From the NCBI GenBank assembly GCA_024743115.1, contig JANSXC010000003.1, positions 52,382 to 116,381 on the forward strand: DNA of 64,000 nucleotides, given 5' to 3'. The stretch is from a bacterium. GTDB lineage: Bacteria > Planctomycetota > UBA1135 > UBA2386. The notes below the pieces were generated by a model that saw only the letters and a program-made list of their open reading frames with translations, made no database searches and was not told where the DNA came from. Position numbers and translations under genes: made by a program. Positions 9,226 to 19,311 of this stretch are shown one piece after another; the stretch's first letter is position 1; each line of letters opens with the position of its first letter.

Positions 9226-10452
9226 ATGACCAAGATCGTTACCAGCCTTCTGGCTCTCGCGGCTTCGTCTTCCGTCCTTCTGGCCCAAGGCGGGGGCTGG
9301 ATGGGTGGCCCCGGCAAGGGGCTCAAGTTCGACGGGGGCGATGCGTACAGCATCAGCATCAACAACTGGATCAAGGCCCAGTGGGGCTTCCGCGGCGGAG
9401 ACGTCAATCCCGACGTCAACACGTTCGGCATGCGCGCGGTGCGTACCGCGCTCGATGGCCACGCGTTCAACAAGAACATCAACTTCCGCGTCCTGCTGGA
9501 CGCGACCGACGACGGCCCGATCGCAACGGGCGCCAACGGCCCGGTCAAGGAAGCGTTCGTGACCTGGAACTTCATGAGCGACGACAACAGCTCGCTCGGG
9601 CTCCGGATCGGTCAGGGCAAGACACAGTTCGGCCTCGAGGCCAACGGTCTGCTCGAGGGCGTATTCTTCATCGACCGCTCGGCGGCGGCGCGCGGCTTCT
9701 CCGGCCTGCGCTCGACCGGTGCGTGGCTCATGGGCTCGCACATGGAGAACAAGCTGCGCTGGTCGGCGGCGGCGGTCAATGGCGCCTCCGCGGGCGGCCT
9801 CGGTGCCGGCTACGTCGACGCCGGTGAAGAGGCGGGCAACTCGGACAACAAGCTGTCCTACGTGCTCAACGCCGAGTTCGACCCGATGGGCGACACGACG
9901 GGTGGCAAGCGCAACGAGCGCTTCATGCAGGGCGACTTCCGCACCGAGGACCGCGGCCTGCAGGGCACGGTCGGCGTCGGTGTCGCGCTCGAGAACGGCA
10001 ACTCCGCCGGTGGCCTCGACGTCGAGTCGACGTCGATCAACCTCAACACGGCGTGGAGCGTCGAGGGCTTCCAGTTCCTCGGTGAGTACTTCATGCGCAC
10101 GGACGACCAGCAGACGGTCGCCGACGAAGAAGAGTCGATGGGCTGGTCGGTGCAGGGCACCTGGATCATGCCGAAGAGTGGCGACTCGAGCATCCAGTGG
10201 GGCTTCGGCGCCCGCATCAGCGGTGTCGAGGCGGACGTCGGCAACAACGCGACCGTGAACTTCAACTCGGCGCTCGCGGGCATCGGTGCCGCGGACGGCG
10301 ACGCGACCAACGTCTCGCTGATCGCGAACGCGTTCTACCACGGCCACGCGGCCAAGACGCAGTTCGAGTACACGTTCCAGCAGGTCAGCCCGACCGGCGG
10401 CACGGACATGGACAACCACATCGTCCAGATCGCGTTCCAGCTGATGTTCTGA
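9226..10452 (+). CDS. outer-membrane porin (OprO/OprP-like beta-barrel)
   Basis: GGGAGGAG RBS; signal peptide; RAVRTALDGHAF, LRIGQGKTQFGLE, FIDRS; alternating beta strands; C-terminal QLMF. Confidence 0.8.
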   Translation: MTKIVTSLLALAASSSVLLAQGGGWMGGPGKGLKFDGGDAYSISINNWIKAQWGFRGGDVNPDVNTFGMRAVRTALDGHAFNKNINFRVLLDATDDGPIATGANGPVKEAFVTWNFMSDDNSSLGLRIGQGKTQFGLEANGLLEGVFFIDRSAAARGFSGLRSTGAWLMGSHMENKLRWSAAAVNGASAGGLGAGYVDAGEEAGNSDNKLSYVLNAEFDPMGDTTGGKRNERFMQGDFRTEDRGLQGTVGVGVALENGNSAGGLDVESTSINLNTAWSVEGFQFLGEYFMRTDDQQTVADEEESMGWSVQGTWIMPKSGDSSIQWGFGARISGVEADVGNNATVNFNSALAGIGAADGDATNVSLIANAFYHGHAAKTQFEYTFQQVSPTGGTDMDNHIVQIAFQLMF

Positions 10453-10458
10453 GCTGGG

Positions 10459-10477
10459 TTGGCCGCTTCGCGGCCAA
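10459..10477 (+). terminator. hairpin after porin gene, possible terminator or RNA stabiliser
   Basis: TTGGCCGC-TTC-GCGGCCAA, an 8-bp stem. A second GC hairpin follows at about 10497-10514. No strong U tract. Confidence 0.4.
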
Positions 10478-10580
10478 ACCATCTCAGGACCACGCCGCGC
10501 GCCTGTCGGCGCGCCGCTTTGGTTCTGGGTGAACGTGACGAGGCGGGTTGATCCCGCCTCGTTTCATGTACCGTGCGCTC

Positions 10581-11533
10581 ATGGATGCGGATTCTGCCAG
10601 TGTGCCGAGCGAACTGATCGTCGGCGCCGGCATGCGCGGACTGCTGGCCGCACTCTCCGCGACCCGGAGCCACGAAGTGCTCGTGCTGGAAGCCGCGGAG
10701 CGCGCCGGCGGAACCGTTCGTTCGGAGCTCCGTGACGGCTTCCTCTGCGAACTCGGTCCGTTCGCGTTCGCGCTGGAGGAAATCACGCCGTTGCTCCAGC
10801 AACTCGACGCCGCGCCACCACTGCTCGTGTCGGAATGCGAGGCCGGCATGCTGTTCGACGGCGCGGCGCGGCGCTGCACGAGTGCCCGGTCGCGCCGCCG
10901 CCCGTGGCGTTCGCCGGTGGCTGCGACGAGTTCGTCCGCGCGGCGCAAGAACAGCTCGGGCCACGTCTGCGGCCGAGCACGACCACACGCGGCATCGAGC
11001 CAGAAGGCGCGGGGTTTCGCGTCGAAGTCGCCGACGAAACCGCTGAGCCGGTGCGGGCCGATGCCGTCACGCTCGCGACGCCGATCGATCAGACGGCCAC
11101 GCTGCTCGCCGGCTTCGACCCCGCCCTGTTCGACCTCGTCGAGCGCCTCGAACGCACACCGCGTGCCTTCGTGTTCTTCGGCGCAGCCGCCGTCGACTGC
11201 GCGGCACTGCAGGGCTACGGCATCGTGCCCACCGAGACCGTCGACAGCCCGCTCGTCGAAGCGATCCACTGCTCACGCGTGTTTCCCAACCGCTGCCCGT
11301 CGGGCGGGTTCCTGATCCGCTGCGAACTCGCGGGCTTGGCACCCGACACGGACGATGCGGCCGTCGGATCGACGGCCCTCGACGAGCTCGCAGCCTGGAC
11401 CGACTGGCGTGCCGAACCGACGTTCACCCACGTGCACCGCTTCACGACGATCGATCGCGACGCCGCCTGGGTGGAGACCCGCACCCGGATCCGGGCACTC
11501 GCCGCCCGGCTCGACGGCCTCACGATCGTCTGA
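10581..11533 (+). pseudogene. HemY/protoporphyrinogen oxidase-like FAD oxidoreductase, frameshifted
   Basis: One frame gives IVGAGMRGL...LEAAERAGGTVRSELRDGFLCELGP; a second gives FAGGCDEF...ADAVTLATP...QGYGIVP...SRVFPNRCP. The frames join if one GGCGC copy at 10860-10874 is removed. Confidence 0.75.
10860..10874. repeat. (GGCGC)3 tandem repeat at the frameshift site
   Basis: gac-ggcgc-ggcgc-ggcgc-tgcac read directly from the sequence. Confidence 0.9.
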
Positions 11534-11610
11534 CTGCCGCTGGCCGAGGAACGGCTCGAAGGGCAGTACTTCCACTGGCAGCGCACCGCGCGAGCCTGGA
11601 AGATCTCGCC

Positions 11611-12135
11611 ATGCAGTCCAAGGCCAAGACCGTCGACGAGTACCTGAAGAACCTGCCAGACGACCGTCGGGAAGCACTCGAGACGATCCGCAAGATGTTC
11701 AAGAAGAACATCGACAAGCGGATCGTAGAGCACATGAACTACGGCATGGCGGGCTACTCCGTGCCGCACAAGATCTACCCGCCGGGCTACCACTGTGACC
11801 CGAAACTGCCGCTGCCGTATGCGGGCTTCGCGTCGCAGAAGAACCACATGTCGCTCTACCTGTTCGGTTGTTACATGGACAGCGAGGACATGGACCAGCT
11901 CCAGGCCGAGTGGAAGAAGACCGGCAAACGCATGGACATCGGTAAGTCGTGCATCCGCTTCAAGAAGATCGACGACGTGCCGCTCGACGTGATCGGCCGT
12001 GCCGTCAAACGAATGACGCTCGAGCGCTTCCTCGGGATCTACGAGGCCGCGCGCGCGGGCGAGGCCGCGAGGAAGGTGGCCAAGAAGCACGTCGCCAAAA
12101 AGAAGACCGCCGCGAAGAAGGCCGCTAAGAAGTAG
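11611..12135 (+). CDS. DUF1801 (YdhG-like) protein with Lys/Ala-rich tail
   Basis: TVDEYL...YGMAGYSVPH.IYPPGYHCDPKLPLPYAGFASQKNHMSLY...DIGKSCIRFKK. Confidence 0.88.
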   Translation: MQSKAKTVDEYLKNLPDDRREALETIRKMFKKNIDKRIVEHMNYGMAGYSVPHKIYPPGYHCDPKLPLPYAGFASQKNHMSLYLFGCYMDSEDMDQLQAEWKKTGKRMDIGKSCIRFKKIDDVPLDVIGRAVKRMTLERFLGIYEAARAGEAARKVAKKHVAKKKTAAKKAAKK

Positions 12136-14017
12136 CCGCCGACGCCGCGACGAAATGCTCGGTCTGGCCGCGCAGGAACGCGCGATGCCAGACCTCGAAG
12201 CCGAGGAGCGTCCAGAGTCGCAGCTCTTCGTTGCGACGACCGCGCATGTGATCACCTAGCATCGCCTCGATCGGCGCCCGCTCGAGGTAGGTGCTCACGA
12301 ACGAATCCTTGCCGAGCAACAGATCGTGCGCGTAGTCCTTGAGCCCGCCGCGGAACCACTCGTCGAGCGGAACCCGGAAACCGACCTTCTTGCGATCCAC
12401 GATCGTGCCGGGCAGGAAGCGCCTGGCTACCTCTTTGACGATCCACTTGCCGCTCTTGCCCCGGACCTTCATATCGGAGTCGACGCGGAAGGCGAGCTCG
12501 ACGAGTTCGTGATCGAGGAACGGCGGGCGATTCTCGATGCTCGCCGCCATCGACATGCGATCCCCACGCTCGAGCAGGTTGTCGGCAAGCCAGGTGTGGC
12601 AGTCGACGTACAGCATGCGGCGCAGGTGATCGCCGGCGCAGCGTTCGTATTGCCCGAGCGTGCGTAACTGCCCGAAGCTCTGCCGCAATGCGCGGCGTTC
12701 GTACCACGTGAACGGCGCAAACCAGGTCTGCAACCGCTCTGCCGTCGTGCGCCCCGTGAGCGCGCGGGCGGCCTGACGCATGCGATACTTCGAGCCCGGC
12801 AGCAGCCGCTCGCCCATGCGCGCGATCGGCACACGCAAGAACGCGGGCAACAGCGCCGCCTTGCCAACCGTCGGCTCGAAGGCGTACTTGGGATACCCGG
12901 CGAACAACTCGTCGGCGCCCTCACCACTCAGCAGCACCTTGACCGACTCGCGCGCCTGCTCGGCGATCCGGAAGATCGCGACGTCGGCTGGCTCGCTGAT
13001 CGGGCCGTCGCGATGCCAGCACAGCCGCTCCCAGAGCGACTGGAAGTCTTCGGCCGTGACATGGATCTCGTGATGGTTGGTGCCGACGGCTTCACTGACC
13101 TGCCGCGCATACGGCAGCTCGTCGAAGCGCGGGTCCGCGAAGCCGGCCGAGAACGTCTCGACCTCGCCGCCCGCGCGCACCTTTTTCATCAACGCCACGG
13201 TCAGACTGCTGTCGAGCCCCCCGCTCAGGTAGGCGCCGACCGGCACGTCGGCGACCAGGCGCCGTTCTACGGCGCGTTCGAGCGTGTCCGCGACCGCGCG
13301 GATCGCGTCGTCCCCGGTTAGTTGTTCGCCGGCGAGATCACGCGGCAGCTGCCACCAGACGCGCTCCTCGACCTTGCCGCTCTTGTCCACCGTGAGGGCG
13401 TGCCCGGCCGCGAGCTTCTTGACGCCACGAAACAGCGTCCGACCCGGTGGCACCGAGCGGTAGGTGAGGTAGTCCTCGACCGCGTCGTCGTCGAGTTCGG
13501 GCGCGCCGATCGCAGGGAGCAACGCCTTGACCTCGCTCGCGAACGCGAGGAAGCCCGGACCTTCGTAGTAGTAGAGCGGCAGGATGCCGACCCGATCACG
13601 GGCGAGCAGCAGACGGTCTGTGCGTTCGTCGAAGCACGCGAACGCAAACTGCCCATTGAGCCGGTCGAGCCCATGCAGCTCGTCGATTCGGACGGTCTCG
13701 AGCAACACCTCGGTATCGCCGGCCGTGCGAAACTCGACGCCATTCTTGGCGAGCTCTTCCCGCACCGCCGCGTAGTTGAAGATCTCGCCGTTGTAGGTCA
13801 GGTGCACGGGCGCCGCCACCGACGTCATCGGCTGCGGCGAACCCGCGAGATCGATGATCGACAGTCGTGTGTGACCGAAGCCGACCGCGCCACCCGCGTA
13901 GATCGCGAACCCGTCGCCGTCGGGGCCGCGGTGGTGCAACCGCGCGGCCATCGCGCGCAGCAGCCCTTCCTCGACGGACCGGCCGTCGAAGCGGCGCACG
14001 CCTACGATGCCGCACAT
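12125..14017 (-). CDS. asnB: asparagine synthase (glutamine-hydrolysing) / AsnB-like amidotransferase
   Basis: MCGIVG, HRGPDG, RLSIIDL, YNGEIFN, LSGGLDSS, SGEGADELFAGY, DRMSMAASIE; GAAGGAGG RBS. Confidence 0.95.
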   Translation of the reverse strand: MCGIVGVRRFDGRSVEEGLLRAMAARLHHRGPDGDGFAIYAGGAVGFGHTRLSIIDLAGSPQPMTSVAAPVHLTYNGEIFNYAAVREELAKNGVEFRTAGDTEVLLETVRIDELHGLDRLNGQFAFACFDERTDRLLLARDRVGILPLYYYEGPGFLAFASEVKALLPAIGAPELDDDAVEDYLTYRSVPPGRTLFRGVKKLAAGHALTVDKSGKVEERVWWQLPRDLAGEQLTGDDAIRAVADTLERAVERRLVADVPVGAYLSGGLDSSLTVALMKKVRAGGEVETFSAGFADPRFDELPYARQVSEAVGTNHHEIHVTAEDFQSLWERLCWHRDGPISEPADVAIFRIAEQARESVKVLLSGEGADELFAGYPKYAFEPTVGKAALLPAFLRVPIARMGERLLPGSKYRMRQAARALTGRTTAERLQTWFAPFTWYERRALRQSFGQLRTLGQYERCAGDHLRRMLYVDCHTWLADNLLERGDRMSMAASIENRPPFLDHELVELAFRVDSDMKVRGKSGKWIVKEVARRFLPGTIVDRKKVGFRVPLDEWFRGGLKDYAHDLLLGKDSFVSTYLERAPIEAMLGDHMRGRRNEELRLWTLLGFEVWHRAFLRGQTEHFVAASAATS

Positions 14018-15246
14018 GCGTCCTCCTTCGGAGAGCTCGACGGGCCGCCGCCACCCTTCGGACCGGCGCCGGCACCGATGGAGTCGAGGATCGCGAGCAG
14101 CTCGAGGGTGCGATCGTCCCAGGTCGCGGACCCGAGCAACGCGTCACGATCACCCGGCGCGCGCGCACCCTGGACGACCTCATCGATCCGTTGCAGGAAC
14201 TCGTCGCCGTTCTGCGCGAGGTGCACGTAGTCGCGATAATGCTCGACCTCCGGGAAGTAGGTCGTGACGACCTCCTGCCCCAGAGACAGGTACTCCTTGA
14301 GCTTGATCGGGTTGCAGCTGCGGATCCAGTCGTTGTCGAGCCACGGCATGATCGACACGTCGAAGTCCGCGCCGAGGTGCGGGATCTCGGCGTAGGGCTT
14401 GAAGCCCAGGTGCACGACGTTGGGGTGGCGCGTGAGCCGATCCATCGGCAGCGTCGCGTCGCCGATCAGCGCGAGCGTGTAGTCGGGCCGCTCGACCGCG
14501 ACGCGTTCCAGCAGGTCGAAGTCGACGACGTAATCATCGAGCCCGCCGAAGAAGCCGACGATCGGTCGCTTGCAGCTCTGCTCGACCAGCGCGTTCGTGC
14601 GATCACGCGCCGCGAAGTGCTTCGTGTCGACGCCGTGATCCAGGAAGTGCGCGCGGTCACCCGTGAGCTCGCGCTCGCTGTCGAGGAACGCACGGCTGCT
14701 GTAGAGCACGCCGTCGCTCTGCGTCAGCAGATCCCGTTCGAGCTGCGCGATGAACCCCTGGTCCGCCTCACCGAACGCGGAGTGCTTGTCGCTGCGGTTG
14801 TAGACCAGGCTCGTACGCGACATTTCGCGTGCGACCTCCCACGCCGTGGGGACCGTCACGATGATGTGTGGATCGACGATGCCGGCCTTCTTCGCAACGC
14901 GTTCGACCTGCCGCCGAATGCTGCGCGCGTTGAACGCGCGCGCTTTCTCGCTGCCGTAGAACGGAAACAGCACCGGCGTCATCACCGTGTAGTTCGGCGC
15001 ATCGGGCAACGGACGCCGCACGTGCCGCAGCATGCTCTTGAGCTTGCGCCAGATCCGCTTGAAAGGCAGCGGCGAGCGCCCGGGCATCGGCATGCGCATG
15101 CCGATCGAGTTCACGAGCAGCACCTTGCGGTGCTTTGCCGCGCGTGTCATCAGCTGGAAGTCGCTGTGGGCGCGATTGTGATACCACCAGTCCTGCCCAC
15201 AGAAGCAGATGATGTCACGGCGATCGGTGTCGGAGGCGAGCGGCAC
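14002..15246 (-). CDS. GT-B glycosyltransferase (GT4-like, TuaH-type)
   Basis: DWW, VNSIGMR, DHGVD..HF, VGFFGGL..YVVDFDLL, LGFKPYAEIP, DVSIMPW, CNPIKLKEYLSLG. Confidence 0.88.
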   Translation of the reverse strand: MPLASDTDRRDIICFCGQDWWYHNRAHSDFQLMTRAAKHRKVLLVNSIGMRMPMPGRSPLPFKRIWRKLKSMLRHVRRPLPDAPNYTVMTPVLFPFYGSEKARAFNARSIRRQVERVAKKAGIVDPHIIVTVPTAWEVAREMSRTSLVYNRSDKHSAFGEADQGFIAQLERDLLTQSDGVLYSSRAFLDSERELTGDRAHFLDHGVDTKHFAARDRTNALVEQSCKRPIVGFFGGLDDYVVDFDLLERVAVERPDYTLALIGDATLPMDRLTRHPNVVHLGFKPYAEIPHLGADFDVSIMPWLDNDWIRSCNPIKLKEYLSLGQEVVTTYFPEVEHYRDYVHLAQNGDEFLQRIDEVVQGARAPGDRDALLGSATWDDRTLELLAILDSIGAGAGPKGGGGPSSSPKEDACAAS

Positions 15247-15286
15247 GGCCAGCAGACTATCGGCCAGTTGCGCCCTTCGACAGAAG

Positions 15287-15314
15287 CGGCCGGCTCGCGG
15301 GAGCGAGCCGGCCG
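15287..15314 (-). terminator. probable intrinsic terminator after the 15366-16574 gene
   Basis: Perfect 12-bp inverted repeat CGGCCGGCTCGC-ggga-GCGAGCCGGCCG, followed on the minus strand by CTTCTGT. Confidence 0.55.
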
Positions 15315-15365
15315 GTATCAGGGTTCGCGCCGCGGATCAGCGCCCCCAGGCAGTGGTTGCAGCGG

Positions 15366-16574
15366 CTACTGGCCGATCGCCACGAGCAGGCCCTGCGTGC
15401 GCTCGACACTGCCGGGCACGTTCGGCTGCGCCGGATCGATAGTCAGCCCCTGCAGCTGCAGTTCGAGGCCCTGGAGCTGCGGATCCGGCGGGATGACCAG
15501 CGGCATCTGCATGAGGCCGAGCGGATCCGGGAAGGCCAGCTGCGACAGCGAGCTGAAGGGATCGAGCACCGAGTAGAAGTCGGGGCCGACCAGGGGCAGC
15601 GGGATCGCGAGCGGGTTCCAGGGATCGAGGCTCGAGCCAAAGCCGATCTGGAAGGCGCCGACCGTGCCCGGCTGCACGAAGGCCGCGAAGAAGCCGTTGC
15701 CACCGGGCTGGTGCGAGCCGTTGTATTCGATGAAGTAGGGCGACTCGGAGCCGTCGGGGCGCAGGCCGATGTCCCAGTCCGTCACGCCGGAGATCGGGAA
15801 CTGCCCGGCGCCGGCCCACGATTCGGGGAAGAAGTTCTGCGCGCTGCCGAAGAAGTCGAACTGGATCGACTGCACCGACTCGCCGTTGAACGTGCGATCG
15901 AGCCCGATGCACGGCACCGGCGTGATCGGCTGCACGACGGGCGGCAGCGTGACGTCGTTGACCTTGAAGCCCTGGTTCTCGAGCTGCTGGCGCACGCGCT
16001 GGTTGATCGCGTTGGCGTCGTCACCGGGCTGGATCGGCACGACGACCTGGATCCACATCAGCGTCCACTGGCCGTTGACGAGCTTCTGCACCTCGACGTC
16101 GACCTGGATACTGCCGGGGCCTTGCGCCTGGCCGCCGCCGCGCGCCTTCGGCACCTTGCCGCCGTTGACCTTGTTGCCGGGCGGGTTGGGGTTGGGCCCC
16201 GGTCCTTGGGGCGGCGCCTTGTGCACCGTGGCGCGGACGCCGTTCACACCCGGGTCCGTGCTGCCGATGCCACCGCCGTTCTGCAGCGGCGCGCCGCCCG
16301 GGCCGGAGGTCACCGTGATCTCGGTGCCGTTCTGTTGGACGGTGTAGCCCTGCCCGGTCAGCGCGTTGGCGAGTGCGGTCGTGACGCCTGCCGAGCTCGT
16401 GCCGCCGGGCACGTTCACGGTCACGGTGCCGTGACCGCCGACGGTCACGCCGATCGTGCCGCTGCCGGTCGTGGTCTGGCCGGGGTTGACGCCGAAGGTG
16501 AGGGTCTGGCCCTGCGCGGCGGCAAACGTCGACAGCAAGGCGGAAAGGGCGATCTTGGTAGCGAACTGGTTCAT
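15366..16574 (-). CDS. secreted Gly/Pro/Thr-rich protein with two repeated N-terminal modules and a shared C-terminal beta-domain
   Basis: Signal peptide ending AAA-Q; two GxGxIxV...V.VP.G...L..QG(Y/F).V modules; C-terminal LVIPPDPQLQGLELQLQGLTIDP. Confidence 0.8.
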   Translation of the reverse strand: MNQFATKIALSALLSTFAAAQGQTLTFGVNPGQTTTGSGTIGVTVGGHGTVTVNVPGGTSSAGVTTALANALTGQGYTVQQNGTEITVTSGPGGAPLQNGGGIGSTDPGVNGVRATVHKAPPQGPGPNPNPPGNKVNGGKVPKARGGGQAQGPGSIQVDVEVQKLVNGQWTLMWIQVVVPIQPGDDANAINQRVRQQLENQGFKVNDVTLPPVVQPITPVPCIGLDRTFNGESVQSIQFDFFGSAQNFFPESWAGAGQFPISGVTDWDIGLRPDGSESPYFIEYNGSHQPGGNGFFAAFVQPGTVGAFQIGFGSSLDPWNPLAIPLPLVGPDFYSVLDPFSSLSQLAFPDPLGLMQMPLVIPPDPQLQGLELQLQGLTIDPAQPNVPGSVERTQGLLVAIGQ

Positions 16575-16662
16575 CGGTCGGTCCTGGTCGGTCGGTGTTT
16601 GGTTGGTGATGCTTGGAACACCCCACCGAGCGGGAGGCCGGCCGCCGATGTGACCGGTTCTG

Positions 16663-17025
16663 CTATTTTTCGCCCGCCGGCCCGATATCCGCAGCCTCGC
16701 CCGCGCCGTCCCGCGGCTGCCGGGCCTCGAATTCCGCGATCCAGGCCGGGAAGTAGCGGTCGATGAAGAACGGCAGGACCGGCAGCAGCGAGGCCAGGAA
16801 CACGCCGATCACGCGAGTCAGCGGCCAGCGGGCGTCGAACAGGACGCGGACCAGAGCCAGGCCGAAGACGGCGAACAAGAGCCCGTGAATCCAGCCAAGG
16901 ATCTTCACGGCCATCGGCTCGTCCCAGATGTACTTCAGTGGCATCGCGATCCCGACGAGCAGGACGTACGAGATCGCTTCGGCGATGTTGACCTTGCGGA
17001 GGAACGGCACCGGGTTGCGCTGCAT
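16663..17025 (-). CDS. DUF3817 family small integral membrane protein
   Basis: AEAISYVLLVGIAMPLKY...GWIHGLLF...ASLLP. Confidence 0.88.
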   Translation of the reverse strand: MQRNPVPFLRKVNIAEAISYVLLVGIAMPLKYIWDEPMAVKILGWIHGLLFAVFGLALVRVLFDARWPLTRVIGVFLASLLPVLPFFIDRYFPAWIAEFEARQPRDGAGEAADIGPAGEK

Positions 17026-17058
17026 TCCGCGTGAGACTACGCGGCACCCGCCGTGCGT

Positions 17059-18645
17059 CTACTTGCCCAGAACTTCGGCGCGCGGAATCGTGCGAACTTC
17101 CCCGATGTTCGGGTGGCTCGAGAGCGGCTGCGCATCCGCCCGCGGCACGGCGCCCGCCGCGAGATCGCGCTCGAGAATGCGGGTCAGACCCGCGAACTGC
17201 ACCCACGCCTTGAGCCGGACCCCGACCTCGTTCTGGTGGATCGCGTCGATCGCGAGCTGCTCGTGCTGCGGCAGCTCGGCGCCGACGTCGAGCAGGTCGA
17301 CGCCGTTTTTCTTCGCCCAGGCGCGGAAGAAGCGATTCTGCACGTCCGCGAGCTCGCGAATCACGGCGTAGGAGAACGGCCAGTAGGCGCGATTGAGGTG
17401 CACGTGCACGTTGGCCGCCCAGACCGGATCGAGCAGCATGCCGTCCTCGGCCAACCACCAAAACGTGCAGAGGACGAGGCGTGCGTCCGCGCCTTCGACG
17501 AGGCGCTTGATCGCGGCGAGGTCGCCGCGGATCGCGGCACAGTCGAGCACCGTGCCGGCCTGTGCGAGCGGGAACTCACCCGTCAGCACCTCGTCGGGCA
17601 ACGTGATGCGTTGTGCGGGCTTTTGCGGCTCACTGAGCTTCTCGCTGCCCGCGAGCGCCGAACGCAGGTAGCGCGCAGTCGCGAGGTACGACGCGAGACC
17701 GTCTAGCCACGTGCTGTCCGCGGTCTCCGTGTCGTCGTAGTTGCCGACAATCCCGGGCGGCGGCGACGCGAGCTCGTAGTCGCCATCGACCGCGACGTGC
17801 TTCTGCAGCACTGCCGGCTGGAACTGATTGGCGCCCTCGTAATAGACGAGATAGTCGAGTTCGAGCGGCAGCACCTCGTCCGCCACGATGGCGCGGATGT
17901 CGTGCGACCGGATCGCTTCACGCGCCGCATTGAGAACCTCGAAGCGCACGTCGAGCCCACGCGCCTTCGCCCAGAGCCCGAGCCAGTGCTCGACCAGCTC
18001 GGGCGCGCTGTGCGGCAGGTGATGAGCCTCGACCGTCGTCGAGGCGCCAACGAAGACGATACGCACGGTCTTTGCCGGCTTGTCGACGTCGACCTCACGG
18101 CCGCGGAACCCGAAGCGGTTCGTGACGAGCCCGGTCGGCAGCGTGCGCGAAGCCGGGTAGCGGTAGTGCGGCGCCGGCTTGCCGCCCGGGGGCGAGAACA
18201 CGGCGAACTCGTCCGGCGGCGACAGCTTCGGATCCTGCAGCAGCGCCTTCGCGAGCGGCGAACGCAGCACGACCTCGTTGAGCGTGTAGTAGTTGAACAG
18301 CCAGTCGTGTTGCGGCAGCGTCGGTCGGTCGAGCGCCGGTGGCGCCGGCAACGGCGGCGGCGATTCGCGCAGCCACGCAACGTCGAGATCCGTCCGCCGA
18401 TCGCGCCAGCGCGCCTCGAAGGGCATCACCACGCTCTCGGCCAGCGTCAGCATCGCGTTGGCATCCGTCGCCCGCACCACCGTCTCGAGCCGGCCGCTGA
18501 ACAACCGAAACCCACCCACGACGCGCAGCACCGCCTCCCCGATGAGCCCGGCGAACAGCAACGTCGAGCCCGCAAGGATCAGCTTCGCGAGCCGGCGAGG
18601 TTTGCGGCGCGGCTGCTGCTGCGGCGTCTGCGGGGTCGCGGTCAC
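17059..18645 (-). CDS. membrane-anchored SGNH/GDSL hydrolase-like protein
   Basis: N-terminal TM (LILAGSTLLFAGLIGEAVLR); TNRFGFRG; block I VFVGASTT; block III YEGANQ; block V DAIH. Start re-chosen at GTG 18645. Confidence 0.75.
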   Translation of the reverse strand: MTATPQTPQQQPRRKPRRLAKLILAGSTLLFAGLIGEAVLRVVGGFRLFSGRLETVVRATDANAMLTLAESVVMPFEARWRDRRTDLDVAWLRESPPPLPAPPALDRPTLPQHDWLFNYYTLNEVVLRSPLAKALLQDPKLSPPDEFAVFSPPGGKPAPHYRYPASRTLPTGLVTNRFGFRGREVDVDKPAKTVRIVFVGASTTVEAHHLPHSAPELVEHWLGLWAKARGLDVRFEVLNAAREAIRSHDIRAIVADEVLPLELDYLVYYEGANQFQPAVLQKHVAVDGDYELASPPPGIVGNYDDTETADSTWLDGLASYLATARYLRSALAGSEKLSEPQKPAQRITLPDEVLTGEFPLAQAGTVLDCAAIRGDLAAIKRLVEGADARLVLCTFWWLAEDGMLLDPVWAANVHVHLNRAYWPFSYAVIRELADVQNRFFRAWAKKNGVDLLDVGAELPQHEQLAIDAIHQNEVGVRLKAWVQFAGLTRILERDLAAGAVPRADAQPLSSHPNIGEVRTIPRAEVLGK

Positions 18646-18798
18646 GATTCGCAGCGTAGCGACTGCCGCCGCGATGCGATTCTCGGGAATGTCGAATACC
18701 CTCGGCTCCTGGCGGACATTGAACCCCGCGTGACGACGTTGACGATCGACACAGGACCATCCCACCCCGGCTCGCGGGCCGGCGCTGCAGCAGCAGCC

Positions 18799-19311
18799 AT
18801 GAATCCCGCGAACTCCGCGGAACGTGCGGTCCACGAACATCTGCACGCGGTGTGGCGCTACCTGCGCATGCATGGGGCGCAACCGGACGAGGCGGAGGAT
18901 CTGGCCCAGGAGTGTTTCGTGATTGCGGCAGAGAGGGCTGCGCTCGAACTCGACCCTGCGGCCACGGCCACGTTCTTGCGCCGCACCGCGCGTTTTCTCC
19001 TGCTGCAGTCTCGGCGACGGGGCAAGCATGCCCGTCTGCTCGCGGACGCGGTCGACGCGCTGTGGGAAGAAGACTGTGCCACGGATGGCGGCAGCGGGCT
19101 CGTCGCGGCACTGCGTCGCTGCCTGACCAAGCTCGCGCCGCGAACCGCGAGGGCGGTCCAGCTCGCCTACGGCCTCGACGGCGACGAGCCCGCGCGGCGC
19201 CGCGAGATCGCCACCGAACTCGGACTGGCCGAGAACGGCGTCAAAACCCTGATGCAACGCGCCCGCCAGCAACTGCGCGACTGCCTCGACCGGAGAACCG
19301 AAGATGACTGA
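18799..19311 (+). CDS. ECF sigma-70 factor
   Basis: Region 2 VWRYLRMHGAQPDEAEDLAQECF; region 4 LRRCLTKL...EIATELGLAENGVKTLMQRARQQLRDCL. Alternative start GTG 18730. Confidence 0.9.
   Translation: MNPANSAERAVHEHLHAVWRYLRMHGAQPDEAEDLAQECFVIAAERAALELDPAATATFLRRTARFLLLQSRRRGKHARLLADAVDALWEEDCATDGGSGLVAALRRCLTKLAPRTARAVQLAYGLDGDEPARRREIATELGLAENGVKTLMQRARQQLRDCLDRRTEDD

Noticed and set aside
11531-11610. UGA read-through extending the HemY-like protein
   Set aside because: The frame after the TGA (LPLAEERLEGQYFHW...) shows no HemY C-terminal motif.
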